Positions 52,801-64,000 of a DNA stretch of 64,000 bases are shown piece by piece (positions within the stretch are counted from its first letter, which is position 1; each line of letters begins with the position of its first letter). Under the pieces are notes generated by a model. The model was not told where the DNA came from, ran no database searches, and worked only from the letters and a program-made list of their open reading frames with translations. Both the position numbers and the translations under genes were made by a program. This DNA is from Balanoglossus misakiensis (Eukaryota > Animalia > Hemichordata), in the NCBI GenBank assembly GCA_040954595.2, contig CM082588.2, forward strand, positions 6,770,202-6,834,201. Direction: 5' to 3'.

Positions 52801-55800
52801 TTATCCTATCGTTACGGGTGAGCGTTTTGATTGAGTAGTAGGACACGCAGTTACAAACTTTATAGCACTCAAAATCGACTTTATATCGCAATTATGCACG
52901 TTATGCCTACAAAGCGTGTATGCATGCCACGCAGGGCATCGGAGGAAAGTTAAATTCCAGAATAGTTTCGGCTCAGAGTGATTTCACGAATAAATCGGGT
53001 TAGCAAGTTTTCATAATAATGACGGGAACAATTATGGGGAATCGGGGACAAAAAAATCGCGCCAAATCGCTGGAAATGGCGAAATTAGCGTGGGGAGTCG
53101 CGTTCGGGGTCCAAGGGTGATAATAGATGTCGCGGACACATCATTTAGATCGCTATTAAAATTATAATGCCGCGATAAAAACGCCAGACGAAGTGTGAAA
53201 ACGAGCACCAAACTGAGAAAAACCCATTCACGGAGTTGAACTGATTCAGAGGACAAAACGTGTCAAATGTGTTTCACACTACTCCAGGGGGGGGGGGGGG
53301 CACTGGTGCACTCAGACGGCGCATGCTCCGTGGAGAGTTGACGAAAAAACTTAGGTGCATAATTCCAGCGACGCGTCGCACAAATGAGGGGATTTTTCAG
53401 GATTTCCTGGGACGACAAAAACACCGTTCAAAATAAAGCACGGCTGGAAAGCGGGACGTGGTGTCGGGCGTCAGTGACTTCTGGTTGATTAACGTTGCAA
53501 ATTCGGGTGTATTGAGTAAAGTGCTCTTGTATGAGAAAACAATGGGGTGTAATTACTTGATAATAAATAAAGTCAATTAACATGGAGTGTCCAGTCATTA
53601 CGGAGTTGAATGCCGACACATGTCTTTACCCCGAACTCCTGCGGGGTTGTTTATGAATTCAAGCACTCAAGGTACAGCACGGACTCCAAATTGCACCTGA
53701 GGAAATAGAATCCGAACCGCACTTCTACTATATTGGCTTTCCACCAGTTTTCGCCCATTCATGCATGAAATCAAAACGTAATCCGAGTTTCTCAGTGTTC
53801 CAGACCAAAACCCCCGACAAGTGTGACAGAGATTTGTGCCCGGGCTCTCCGTTGCAGACCTGGCACCAAAAAACCGCAGCCTTCTTTTAAATAGAAAAAC
53901 AATCCAAATCGCCCCCAAAAAGCATATACGTCTCTATTCGTGCAGAAAATTCGGGCCTAGCCGGCGAGTCTCCGCGGCTTGACATGGCAGTTGTTTCTGC
54001 ACAGATATGTGACGAATGGAATGCCGCTTTTAGACCCGGTTCCGCGTTTCCTGTGTTCTGCAAGTTGTGCGCGAAGACAATTCTTAGATTACATTTTTGG
54101 AATACTGTTGTGCCAGAACGGCTCAAAGACATCATTTTTTGTCTCCACCTCATTTGCAGCGTTCTATCTCTGAAAGCATTTGCAGTGGTTCCGAGGTATG
54201 ACATGAATTCTGCCTGAAACGTTGGCGCGGAAGGAACGACAACTTTTTTCTGTATTTGACGGGGATGGTAATGCCTCTTATTGCCGTTGGCCTTTGACCT
54301 CCAGTTTTCCATACAGTAATTTTCTTCCGCACACCGGCCGTAGGTTATCATTATTGAGAAGCTATACACATCTTCCCAAAGAGGCTATTTTCACTAGATG
54401 ACTGCTTTTTGTCGACCCCACTTTGTTCAGGCAAAATTAGTTCTATTTGCAGCTTGACAGATCTCAAGAAGGTAGCTACACGCGCTCAGGTTCTTAAACA
54501 GAGGAATTGCAGTAGAACGTCCCTACCACTTCTAACGGCCAGAATTTTAAAACATGGTGCTGATTTTAAAGTTATTGGCTGGATATTTCCGCTAGATGAT
54601 TGAAATATTACCACCAGACGCTACAACCAGACAAAGTAGGGTAACGTTGTTAGCACGAGCGAATTGCATTTTACGACCATCATCAGTATTGATATTTCAC
54701 GAGCGTGCGCGGTTGTCACTGGGTACACGATTCCTCAGAGGGTTAGAAACTGCCGCGCACGTTCGAACTTTCATTTTCAAATCTCTAGGTCCCTAAGAGG
54801 GGTGAATAAATCAAATTTAAAATTTGCACTGCGAGAGTGGAATCATCAAAATTGCCGGCGTCAGCTCCTATAGGCTCTGGTAGTGGCGGGAAAACACCCG
54901 GATGATAAACGGTTTGAATGAAGCGTGCAACGCATCCAGAACCGCGGGGGCTACCATAATCCATCACGCTGAACGCAGGAAGTCAATATGATTTTAATAG
55001 CTGGAAATTAGATGAAATTTGAAATAATGCCCCGGCGCCTTTCAGAGGTAAATTTCACTCAACTAAGAGGTCTTTGGAGGTCAGGCTAATCGGATGGGCA
55101 GATACCGATCAATTGTGGGCGCTACGTAGTAACTGGGATCAAATGCGTCTGAGATCAGGACGGTGTGATGGAAACGTGAAGGAATATCAGACAATCTATC
55201 CATGCTATAAAGGCGGTCGAGTAAACTACAGGAATCGTCGGCTATGAGAAAAATAAGCGAAAAACGCTTCTGGTTATCAATATTATTATTATCATTACTG
55301 ATATGATATTTTTCTGGTGTTATTTCATGAAGAGTCGTACCTCGAACCTGAATAAAGTTTTGTGTGTTGTATTCAATGGTGCACTGAGAGAGGCTACGTT
55401 GTCCCTTGTGTTATCAAACCACGTCAAATAAATACATCGTTCGCGACGGATAACCCTTACCAAGTTGAAGAACAAGACCGTGTCACCCATAAAAGATAAT
55501 CATAACGCGCCAATCTGTGGAACCACAAGACTTCACTACATGTATACGTCAACACATGACAGACCACCTCGGCTCGTACACACCTCAACGCTCATTACGT
55601 CATAGCCACACGTTGAAACCCCCCCCCCCCATACAAGACCACACATCGAATCGCATTGTGTGCACACCAGGTAACAAAATATAACATTGCACTACAACCC
55701 TGAGCTAGCTAAAATACATTGCTTAACACAACACAATCCCCCGTCAATAAAACTTATATATTATTACCAAAGCTCGAAAAAGTACGCACACGAGTTTCAT

Positions 55801-58800
55801 TTTGAGCGAGGCACTCATAGTCACCCCTTTACATCGCCATACATGTAAAACATCCATGTCTTGCAGTCACTGAAGTGTCCTCGAAATAAAGAACTCTATT
55901 GATTCTCCGACAACTATCAAACGGACATGTTCAAATGCCCCCCTTTTGCGGATTTCTGACTCAAAAGTCTTCGAGTGAAGAGCCAATGTTTACGCTGTAA
56001 CCGAGTGAGTGGCCAACACCAACGACGCCATGTTTTACAACAAGCAGAAAGCGCGTTATTTTTAGAAGTGTCCGTCGTCGCCTTTTGTTGTCGGTAACTC
56101 TAGTCAACTTGTACATGCAAGTCGCTTGTACATACACACTGTCGACTGAAAGCGCTCATTTTCAAGCTTCCTCCATCTTGTTGTCGTGTGCGAATCAGTG
56201 TAAATCTGACACAGGCACCGAGCCAACTAATATATCAGGGCTTCACTCCACACACACACACACACACACACACATACAGGTTCAAACAGGCTGCGCACAG
56301 TTGTGCGAAATCCAAACATTTCAGCGTTCCAGTTTTCCCTAAAATTAAACTCCTCGAATTCGTGTCTGAATTCTAACGTACAGGTCACGGCTTCCCACCT
56401 AAGGTCACAGGCCGTCTGAAACCAGTTGACGCCGTCCCGACATCTCGCGCGGAAGCGATTGCAACTTGATCGATAATTCTGTATTAATTTTCAGGTTTTA
56501 AGCCCGTGCCTTATATTGTCATGGCCCGGACTGGAATGTGACCCGCACACACGGGGAGCCAGCCAGCGCCTCGTTAATTCGTCTGCACGATGTGTGCAGA
56601 GCAGATAATCCTATCGTCGACTTATCGCTATGGACCTTCTAAAAGAAAATGATTACACAAATATAGACCTGCCGTTCAAACGCGCCTTTCTGCGCAAGCC
56701 ATGACAACGCGACTGGTTCAGGAACCTCAATTTTTCCAAATCTTTCAAGTTCCCCAGGTGAAAAACTTTTTCTAGTGACGTCAGATAAAAAAAAACGCAC
56801 TCATATCCTGAGCGTTTCGCCTATTGCTTCATGGTCGGACACTCGATGGGGTGACTAAGATTTTGAAGACACGAGCAGAATTAAAACGTGGACGTTTCAC
56901 CACCACAAACCGACGGTGGACCTACAATAACACGTCGCTTCTGCGCGCGTCTGAAATTTGAAGACGGCCCCTGCGTTCTTTACAGCTTCGTGAAATTTTC
57001 ATTTCGAGTTCTACAATTCGCCTACAGGTACAGATAGCAAACCCGTGTACAGTTTCATCATTAACAAGACTTACACTGGTGTGTATGCGGTGTGTTTGGC
57101 TTGCAAGCCCCCCATACATCCAATGACAGCTTTGCTTATTAATTCGTAAGCAATTTCAAAGGGGAAACACAAAATAGGGAGAGTGGGCCCTATTTGTTCA
57201 ATGAAAGACTGCGGCACAAAAGAGATGGGAATTAAAATCAGGGGGTCTGCCTGAATGTTGCGACTGAAACGCTGTAATATAGTACAAATTATATAAAAGA
57301 TAACCGAATGGTCGGACAGGGGCTATGAACAAGCTCTACAATGCGAAAAGACAGCGAACGATTATCATTAATATTAGACGCAGATACGATCTCCTCGTCT
57401 CTCTCGGCTATTACAGTTAGCATCGTCGCTCGCGACAGTTCCCTTTCAGTGCCACCATTTTGAGAGAGGTTTTCTATAAAGTGCACGGCGATTTTCCACC
57501 GCTAAATCCACAGATGTGTATTAATCCAAATTGATTTTTTAGAAAACGACAGATGATGCGCATTTAGAGAATTATAATCCTTATTGTCTAACTACCCTTG
57601 AACTTAGCCACTTTTGAAACGTTATGCGCATTATAAATCACCATGGTTACGGATATTTAGTCAGACTGCGGTGCACAGGCAGTTTTTATCTCTACAACCT
57701 TTTCATCGTTTCAGTCAGACAGTTAGAACGCAAAGCTAATAGTTGCTTTTCTCAATTGCGCTTCGTCGTGAGCGCCATATTAAAGTATTACCGAGCCGGA
57801 ATTACTGGATGTTTCAACGCTGCGGGGAAGAAATCCTACAAGAGAAAATGTTCGGGAAATTGGGAAGCAAGAATCAAATAAATTTTAGCATTCCCGTGAT
57901 TGATTTTTTTATATACACATGCCCGAAAAATCGCAACCGGTGTCAATTTTGGCGACGGATTGAATTGGGAGCGAATTGAGGTCGCGTATTACTAGGGGAA
58001 AAAACAAGCACACAGTGCCGTAAAAGGGGACGCTAAGTAGTCGGGAGTCGTTCTGCTCGGCTGAGTTTGAGTTCGACTTTTCACGAAGCTCGGCCCATCT
58101 CATTAACAGAGCATGTTCAGTTTTTTATGTTTGGTTCATCGTCTGCTTGGCCACACCGATTTAACGTGTACAATGCGACGGCCATTCATGTGAAAAACAG
58201 CTGTACAGTGTGTAAAAATACAGGTCGTGGACTGTGGTAGTCTTCGAAGGGCCTTGTAGCGGTCGACGCAGAGATAGGGGCTGTGAATTGTGTTACTTCA
58301 CTAGCGGGGGTATATAGGTAGGTAGCCACGGCAAGCAAATGATTAAACGCATCCCCGTCATTGATAAGAATCCGTACCATACTGGGGCCCGCGGCATAAA
58401 AGCGCTGCCTCGACGCGAGCGAGTGGCCAATGTTTTTCTTTCAGCTCTCAATAGCAGAATGAGAATGAACGCGAAAGGCTTTTCTTGGCAGCCCTTAGAT
58501 GCCGGTGAAAGGAACACACGACAATGACAACTTCGGCAAAGCCAGTACCCGGACCGAGTTTGTAACTGAGCGTAGCTTTGCTCTTCTTTTCTTCTCGCCC
58601 GGCTCTCCTGACAACAGCGCATGATGATATATTGCTGCTGTCAACACAAGTACGCACACTAAGCGTATAAATTATGGGCCGTACGTGTTGGGTCCCTGCC
58701 AGTGGCCTGCTTTAACAGAACCCGTGTTTGTCAGAAAACTTAAGCCTTTTCCCAGCGTATTTACCCCCGGAGAAACGTTGCCCGAGCCCCTCCCCCCGAT

Positions 58801-60727
58801 AGGTGAGATTTCCGAGCCTTATCTAGTCTTGAGTAAACTTGACAATTAAGCGTTAGGGTAACGAGGTAAGGATTGACCATAAACCTTCTGGAACACGTGC
58901 GTCCTGTGTGTTCATTTCTGACAGCGTCTCTCAAAGCCATACGCCACGATTTTACGCTCTCGGAAACATACATATGCGGCCTATTTTTATGGCGTGTTTT
59001 TGTTCGAAACGTCGACGGGTCAACTTCAACGTATTCTTAACCTAGAAGGACTCCAATAATGGCTACTCGGGTACAGTTAATGTTCCCTTTATTGCCCGCC
59101 ATCAACAAAGTAAATACACCATAACTTCTGAGTGGGCTGTCATGAATTTTGCAGTCCCCGAGATAAGGCTGCCCACACCGAGCCAAGGCCTTCCTATCCA
59201 CATCCCCGACAACTCGTTGACTGAGATACGGGCGCCCGTTGGGGACCGTTCCCGACCTCACTAAACTTATCAAGCAGCCAATAAAGACAACAGATGAGTT
59301 CAAGAATATCTTACCATATCCGTCCGAAGGTTTTTCTTACTGCCGAGCGCTCACACACACACGCACAGGGACGCGCATAATACGTCTGCTGGCTTCAACC
59401 GATAAGTGCGCTTTGATCAACCCTCTTATCAGGGCGAGCTGTCATGCCTGTTCCCGGGCCACTGGGTTAAAGGTAGGTATTCAAATGTTAACAGGATTTG
59501 TGTGTGTTGCACTTATTGGACGGAACTGGCAATAGTTTGCATAGGCCAAACCTATCTCACAGTGTTTTGAAAATAATTAGTAAACTACACATGTGAGCGC
59601 TGTGTTTACACACTAAACACTCACGCCGTCGCATTATTTTTTGCTCCACTAGTCGATCGCGCCAGCCCGGTAACATTGACAGCTCGTCCCGGTGCGCCCA
59701 GAAACTGACTGCGCCGGCCAGGTAAAGGCGGGCGTATGACGGCATATATACCAATATGAGTGCACCATTTCAAACAGTAATTTATCAAATTATCTTTACA
59801 GTAAACACGAGTCCACAAACTGTACACACACAGCCCCTCCACCATTACCGTCGCAAGCCGACGATTTGTGTTATTTATTTAACAGTTAGCAGGCCCGACG
59901 TATACTGTTTGCGAATGGAGATAGTCGGATGTAGCCCATATCGTGTTTTATGGTGATGTCCCTGTAAATATAATGATCTAACCATCGATTTGTGTCGCCC
60001 ATAAAACGAAATCGCGCCCAACACACTGGTGACAACAAAAGTCTGACGGCCGCAAAGCAACGACCGTCTGGAAGTGGGCGGACTTCGCTATTGTGACTGC
60101 TTCTTTAGTACCGCGAGACCTTTGGAAGGAGCTGGGGGGTTAAGGTTAGGTCGGACCTGGTGACAAAATGGACACTCGGGTTAAAGGGACAGTTACGTGC
60201 TGAACCGACACCAGTTACAACTTGATGCAAAAATCTTGGAAACTATATACTCCGACATTTCTGGTTTGTAATCATGGACAATTCACAAAAAAGAGAAAAC
60301 AGCATAACAGAACAAAAACGTGATTTTTTGACGGTCGCTGTATAAGTTGCCAAATTTACAATATTGCTATTTTCGTCGCATTCATACCGCGTGACCATAA
60401 ACTGCTCTCGTCTTCGTAATCATCTGACATTTTCCCTTCATATTCACTTCTTTGGAATAAAAAAAAAATAAGTAATCGTAAATCAACAACCATCACTGCA
60501 AACAAACTTTACTAGGCGTCAGCTTGCCACACCACTTTGATGAAAATTTTCAAGTAAATTTAACCCTTCTGTGTACATCAGTTTAGTTCTAAGGCCTGTT
60601 TAGACTGTTCTTGGGCTATAAGAAAATTGCTACTATACAAACCACTGCGGTATCATAACCCTTTCATTCTATCGTTTGCAATATTAATTTTAGACCAGTT
60701 TATATTTAAGGTGTTTACAAGTGACAT

Positions 60728-60893
60728 TTAAAGGAAAACGGTCACCTCTGATTTATATATGCCCATGGTCTTCGAGCGACATGATATAGGGGCGCAGTTT
60801 TTTTCCGCACGGCCACCCACGGGAAATCTGCGATTAGCGTGATACCAATTTTCCATGGTAACTGTGGCTAAATTTACATAGGCGACCTTTTAC
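60728..60893. mobile_element. MITE family C, diverged copy
   Basis: TTAAAGGAAAACGGTCACCTC...CCATGGTAACT..GCTAAATTTACATAGGCGACC, colinear with 8513-8709. Confidence 0.7.
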
Positions 60894-62024
60894 GGTGACA
60901 TCTTTGCTGTATCTCTAACTGAGAAGAACTCAACTCATAAAGAAATTTAACGTCGCGGTCACGTGGAAACGTTGTGAGCAACGCTTTTGATGTCAAGACG
61001 AGAATCTAGACTCGTGTTTTTTTTCGCTACAGGCCTATGTGGAGCATAGCGAAAAAAACTGAACCACATGCGCCTTGATTCTAGACTAATGATGGTTAAT
61101 ATCTGGTTGTCACATCGCGCTCGGGTGATAAAAAGTAGGCCGATGTCTAAATAAAGTGTAAATTTTGGCCATCAGAAAGACAGACTTGAAACATACACAG
61201 GGACCTTGATTTGCTTTTTACACTGTCATGCCCGTTTGCTTTTGGTCACTGAATGCAGGGGTTGTTTTCAGCCACTAACGCGACCAGTGGAAGCATGATG
61301 TAACGGTTGCTATGGCAAAACTGAATGAAGCAAATAGGCCTATCAAGATAACCTAGAGAGTAGCGAGGCCTGATCAGTAAACAGTGTTACCTCAGATGTC
61401 CTTTGCGGCCTACATTGGAACAACAATAGGCCCGGGCCTGAAATCTCCAGAGACGAACTTTCAATTCACATCAATGAAACGCTGTCCGCTTTCTTCGAGT
61501 TCCTTCTCTCCAATTCAATCGCGACAGATAACAAAAGAAAGGCCAAGACCACAGCGTATAGCATGATCGCGTGTTACCGTGGAAACTAGACGTCGTACAG
61601 CTTTCTGTTGCGGTTAGAAGTTGGGAGAAGCATTCTTCCGTTGCCAGGAGACCGCGCTACTCTGCCTTCTCACGCAAAGGTTAAAACTGTTGAAGATTAC
61701 GTCATTGATTGTGTTTGTTGTGATCGTCGCACCTGTTTGCATTCCTACATTGAAGGGCATAAAAATCGAATCAAATCAATTAATCTTCCCTTGGATTAGG
61801 ACTGCGCTGACCCGGGCCAGCAGATTTACCAGATAAGTTTATAAGGCCTATGCCAGTTCGCCGCTACCCGCCCAAAATGGGGTCAACTTCTCTGTCACCT
61901 TTTGTGCTGTAAACCATAAAAACGCCATAAACTTTGCTCTGTTGGTTTCTTTGACGCCTGGATTTGCAGTAATTTATTGAAGCGCGTGTTTTATGGGAAT
62001 AATACACGCGTTATAATGATGTTC

Positions 62025-62129
62025 TGGTCCCAATAAGTGCCCCGCCCAATCACCGCAATCAGCTCACGCTCAGAAATCTCCGCATTGGAAGTGTGAGCGC
62101 ACGAACAAACAAACCAGGAGAGTTCCAAG
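62025..62129 (+). promoter_or_regulatory. TMEM135 proximal promoter and 5' UTR
   Basis: CCAAT 62030-62034, GC box CCCGCCC 62041-62047 overlapping a second CCAAT; YY1 motif CAAGATGGCGG spans the start codon. Confidence 0.6.
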
Positions 62130-62285
62130 ATGGCGGGCACGTTGAGCAAAGTACTGGGACCGCAGTTGACCTGCACTTGCTATGAACTTGGCCACACCTG
62201 GCATCCGTCTTGTTGGCAGTCCTTCTTCGAGATTGTCCTTGCAACATTCAAGAGAGCTCTCGAAGTCTATACACCAATTTATGTC
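62130..62285 (+). CDS. TMEM135: TMEM135 exon 1
   Basis: 156 nt, ATG...|gtaagt; MAGTLSKVLGPQLTCTCYELGHTWHPSCWQSFFEIV...YTPIYV; CYE(I/L)GHTWHPSC is the TMEM135 N-terminal motif. Confidence 0.95.
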
Positions 62286-62994
62286 GTAAGTACCGTGCCG
62301 TGTCATATGCATTTACTGTATGTTGATACTCGCCGCGACGCCTGACGAGTCGACATGCTCGATTTATTATTCCAGTTTCAAGTTCATTGCAAGTTTCGAA
62401 CAGTGTGTGTATTGGTTATTGTGTAGTGAGCATAAAATGTGTTGTTATTGCTTGCGATAGCATGAGATTTGCTGTCTTTGCTTGACATGTACCCTCGACC
62501 TTGCTGTCGGCTTCGATCTTTGCTCGTTCGACTTTTCACACTCTGCGTGCGATTTCACGTCCGTCGTCACGATATTCTGTCGTGCTAGAGTGTGTCTGCT
62601 CAATGTATATTAATCCTAGAATCACGATTTCTCCCTACATCAATGTGGATGATGAAAAAACACACAAAATCAGTACGCAGCGTCGTCTGCTGCTCGAAAT
62701 GGCCACCGAGTTGACCCCGTACAGCAACATAAGACAATAAACCTCGGTACAAAGGTCAAAGGTTGACAGGGCAAGGAACTTTTTCGTCATTGTCAGGAAA
62801 CCGTTATATGCAAATGTCACTTGTCAGGTCATATAATTAACGGTCGAAACAATGCGCTGAATAATTCAACCTGTAGAATTACAGCAAAGGTGGCAATCAT
62901 GCAGTTTGTTTTCCATATGGTGTTTTCTTTGTGCTTTTTAAATAAAGTTGATGGTAATATAAGTGAAATATTACACGGGAACATGATATAATTA

Positions 62995-63240
62995 ATATGA
63001 ATTATTATGAAAATTAAAACCTGATTATCAATATTTTTTAATTTCAATTGTTTTATTATTTTTTTATTTTATTTTATTTTATTTTATAAAATAAAATAAA
63101 ATAAAATTTTGAGCTTATTTCTGAAATAAATATGAATAATTATGAAAACTAAAACCTGATTATCTCTATTTTTAATTTTAATTATTTAATCATTTTTTTT
63201 TAAAATTTATTTTATAAAAAAATTGTTGAGCTTATTTCTT
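62995..63240. repeat. AT-rich tandem duplication with (TTTTA)n/(TAAAA)n palindrome
   Basis: TTATGAAAA(T/C)TAAAACCTGATTATC...TTGAGCTTATTTCT occurs twice. Confidence 0.7.
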
Positions 63241-63309
63241 GAATTTTCTGTCTTTAGCATATATATTTATTCTATTTTCCTATTTCAATAAGTTAATTTG
63301 GAATTAGTA

Positions 63310-63352
63310 CTGTACATTTCTGTTCTGTACATTTCTGTTCTGTACATTTCTG
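63310..63352. repeat. 15-bp tandem repeat x3
   Basis: CTGTACATTTCTGTT repeated. Confidence 0.8.
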
Positions 63353-63411
63353 GCAAAATAAACTGATACAAACTGAATATGTGAGCAAGATATTTCTGGT
63401 TTTCCTTTCAG

Positions 63412-63539
63412 CTTGCAGCTGTTGCGAGGAAGAAAGGTAAAGATTATTTCACCCAGCGGATGATTCCAGAAATCTTACAGTCCAGTCTGTTTCTTTGCGC
63501 TAATGGCAGTTTGTATATGGGAGGATTTTGCGTTGGCAG
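63412..63539 (+). CDS. TMEM135: TMEM135 exon 2 (gene continues beyond window)
   Basis: 128 nt, tttcag|...AG|gtaaag; LAAVARKKGKDYFTQRMIPEILQSSLFLCANGSLYMGGFCVG(R), matching the PEILQS.SFL.ANG.LYM motif. Confidence 0.93.
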
Positions 63540-64000
63540 GTAAAGTCAATTAACATTTTTTCAGTCTGCTGCATATGTGTGCACATAGTTGAGCCGGTCG
63601 TATGGGGTAACACAGCCGTAACGAGATTAGAAAATTGTTCTCTTTTACATTTAATGTCGGAATAATAGCTGTAGCATTATTCTGCAATCATCTTCTAGTG
63701 CAAATGTATGCAGTTTTGTCGCACTACAGAAAACAGCACTGATAATGCACAGGGCTCATATGACGTTACACAGCCTGTACTACTAGCTTAGACTGAACCA
63801 TGGTGGTGACAGGATCAAAGCAACATCTGCTGAATAGGGGTCTTGGTGGTTTGGTAGACATTCGTGGAACTGGAAGTATCATATCGGGAGGGGGGGGGGT
63901 ATGATACAGTTACACCAACAATGAAATTGAGCCAATCAGAAAGGGTGTCTCATGTTGGCAATAGTACTAACTAAACACTGTGAAAAGATCAGCGATTGGT

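Noticed and set aside
53887-54369. 160-aa minus-strand ORF in the FZD4-TMEM135 spacer
   Set aside because: No recognisable homology, splice pattern or coding-like composition
39500-60600. TCF/LEF sites (CTTTGWW) around FZD4 as Wnt feedback elements
   Set aside because: Scattered matches; their number did not look above chance for AT-rich DNA and enrichment could not be computed

Overview
Eukaryotic (animal) genomic DNA, probably an invertebrate deuterostome. That assignment is inferred from vertebrate-like proteins and intron phases, AT-rich introns and many TTAA-flanked MITEs. Four genes were assembled by hand with consistent GT-AG sites and phases: (1) the 5' half of a p90 ribosomal S6 kinase (RSK, RPS6KA family), minus strand, 9 exons from 29622 down past position 1, with an 18.8-kb intron 2; (2) a complete 11-exon LAS1L, minus strand, 30737-35485, 523 aa, HEPN RHSATH motif, ending just upstream of the RSK promoter; (3) an intronless Frizzled-4 CDS, minus strand, 47736-49361; (4) the first two exons of TMEM135, plus strand from 62130, head-to-head with FZD4 as in human. 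The non-coding DNA holds several non-autonomous DNA transposon families: ten copies of a near-perfectly palindromic ~350-bp TTAA/Kolobok-type MITE, other TTAA families, TA-flanked Tc1/mariner-type MITEs and a 64-bp element with a 9-bp TSD. There is also a long (TATG)n microsatellite. I found no convincing wholly new biological system. The best leads are the conserved FZD4-TMEM135 block in a CpG-rich, MITE-poor domain, a candidate alternative first exon of RSK, inverted MITEs bracketing RSK kinase exons, and a probable 5' UTR intron of FZD4. All comparisons to human genes are from memory, not database searches.
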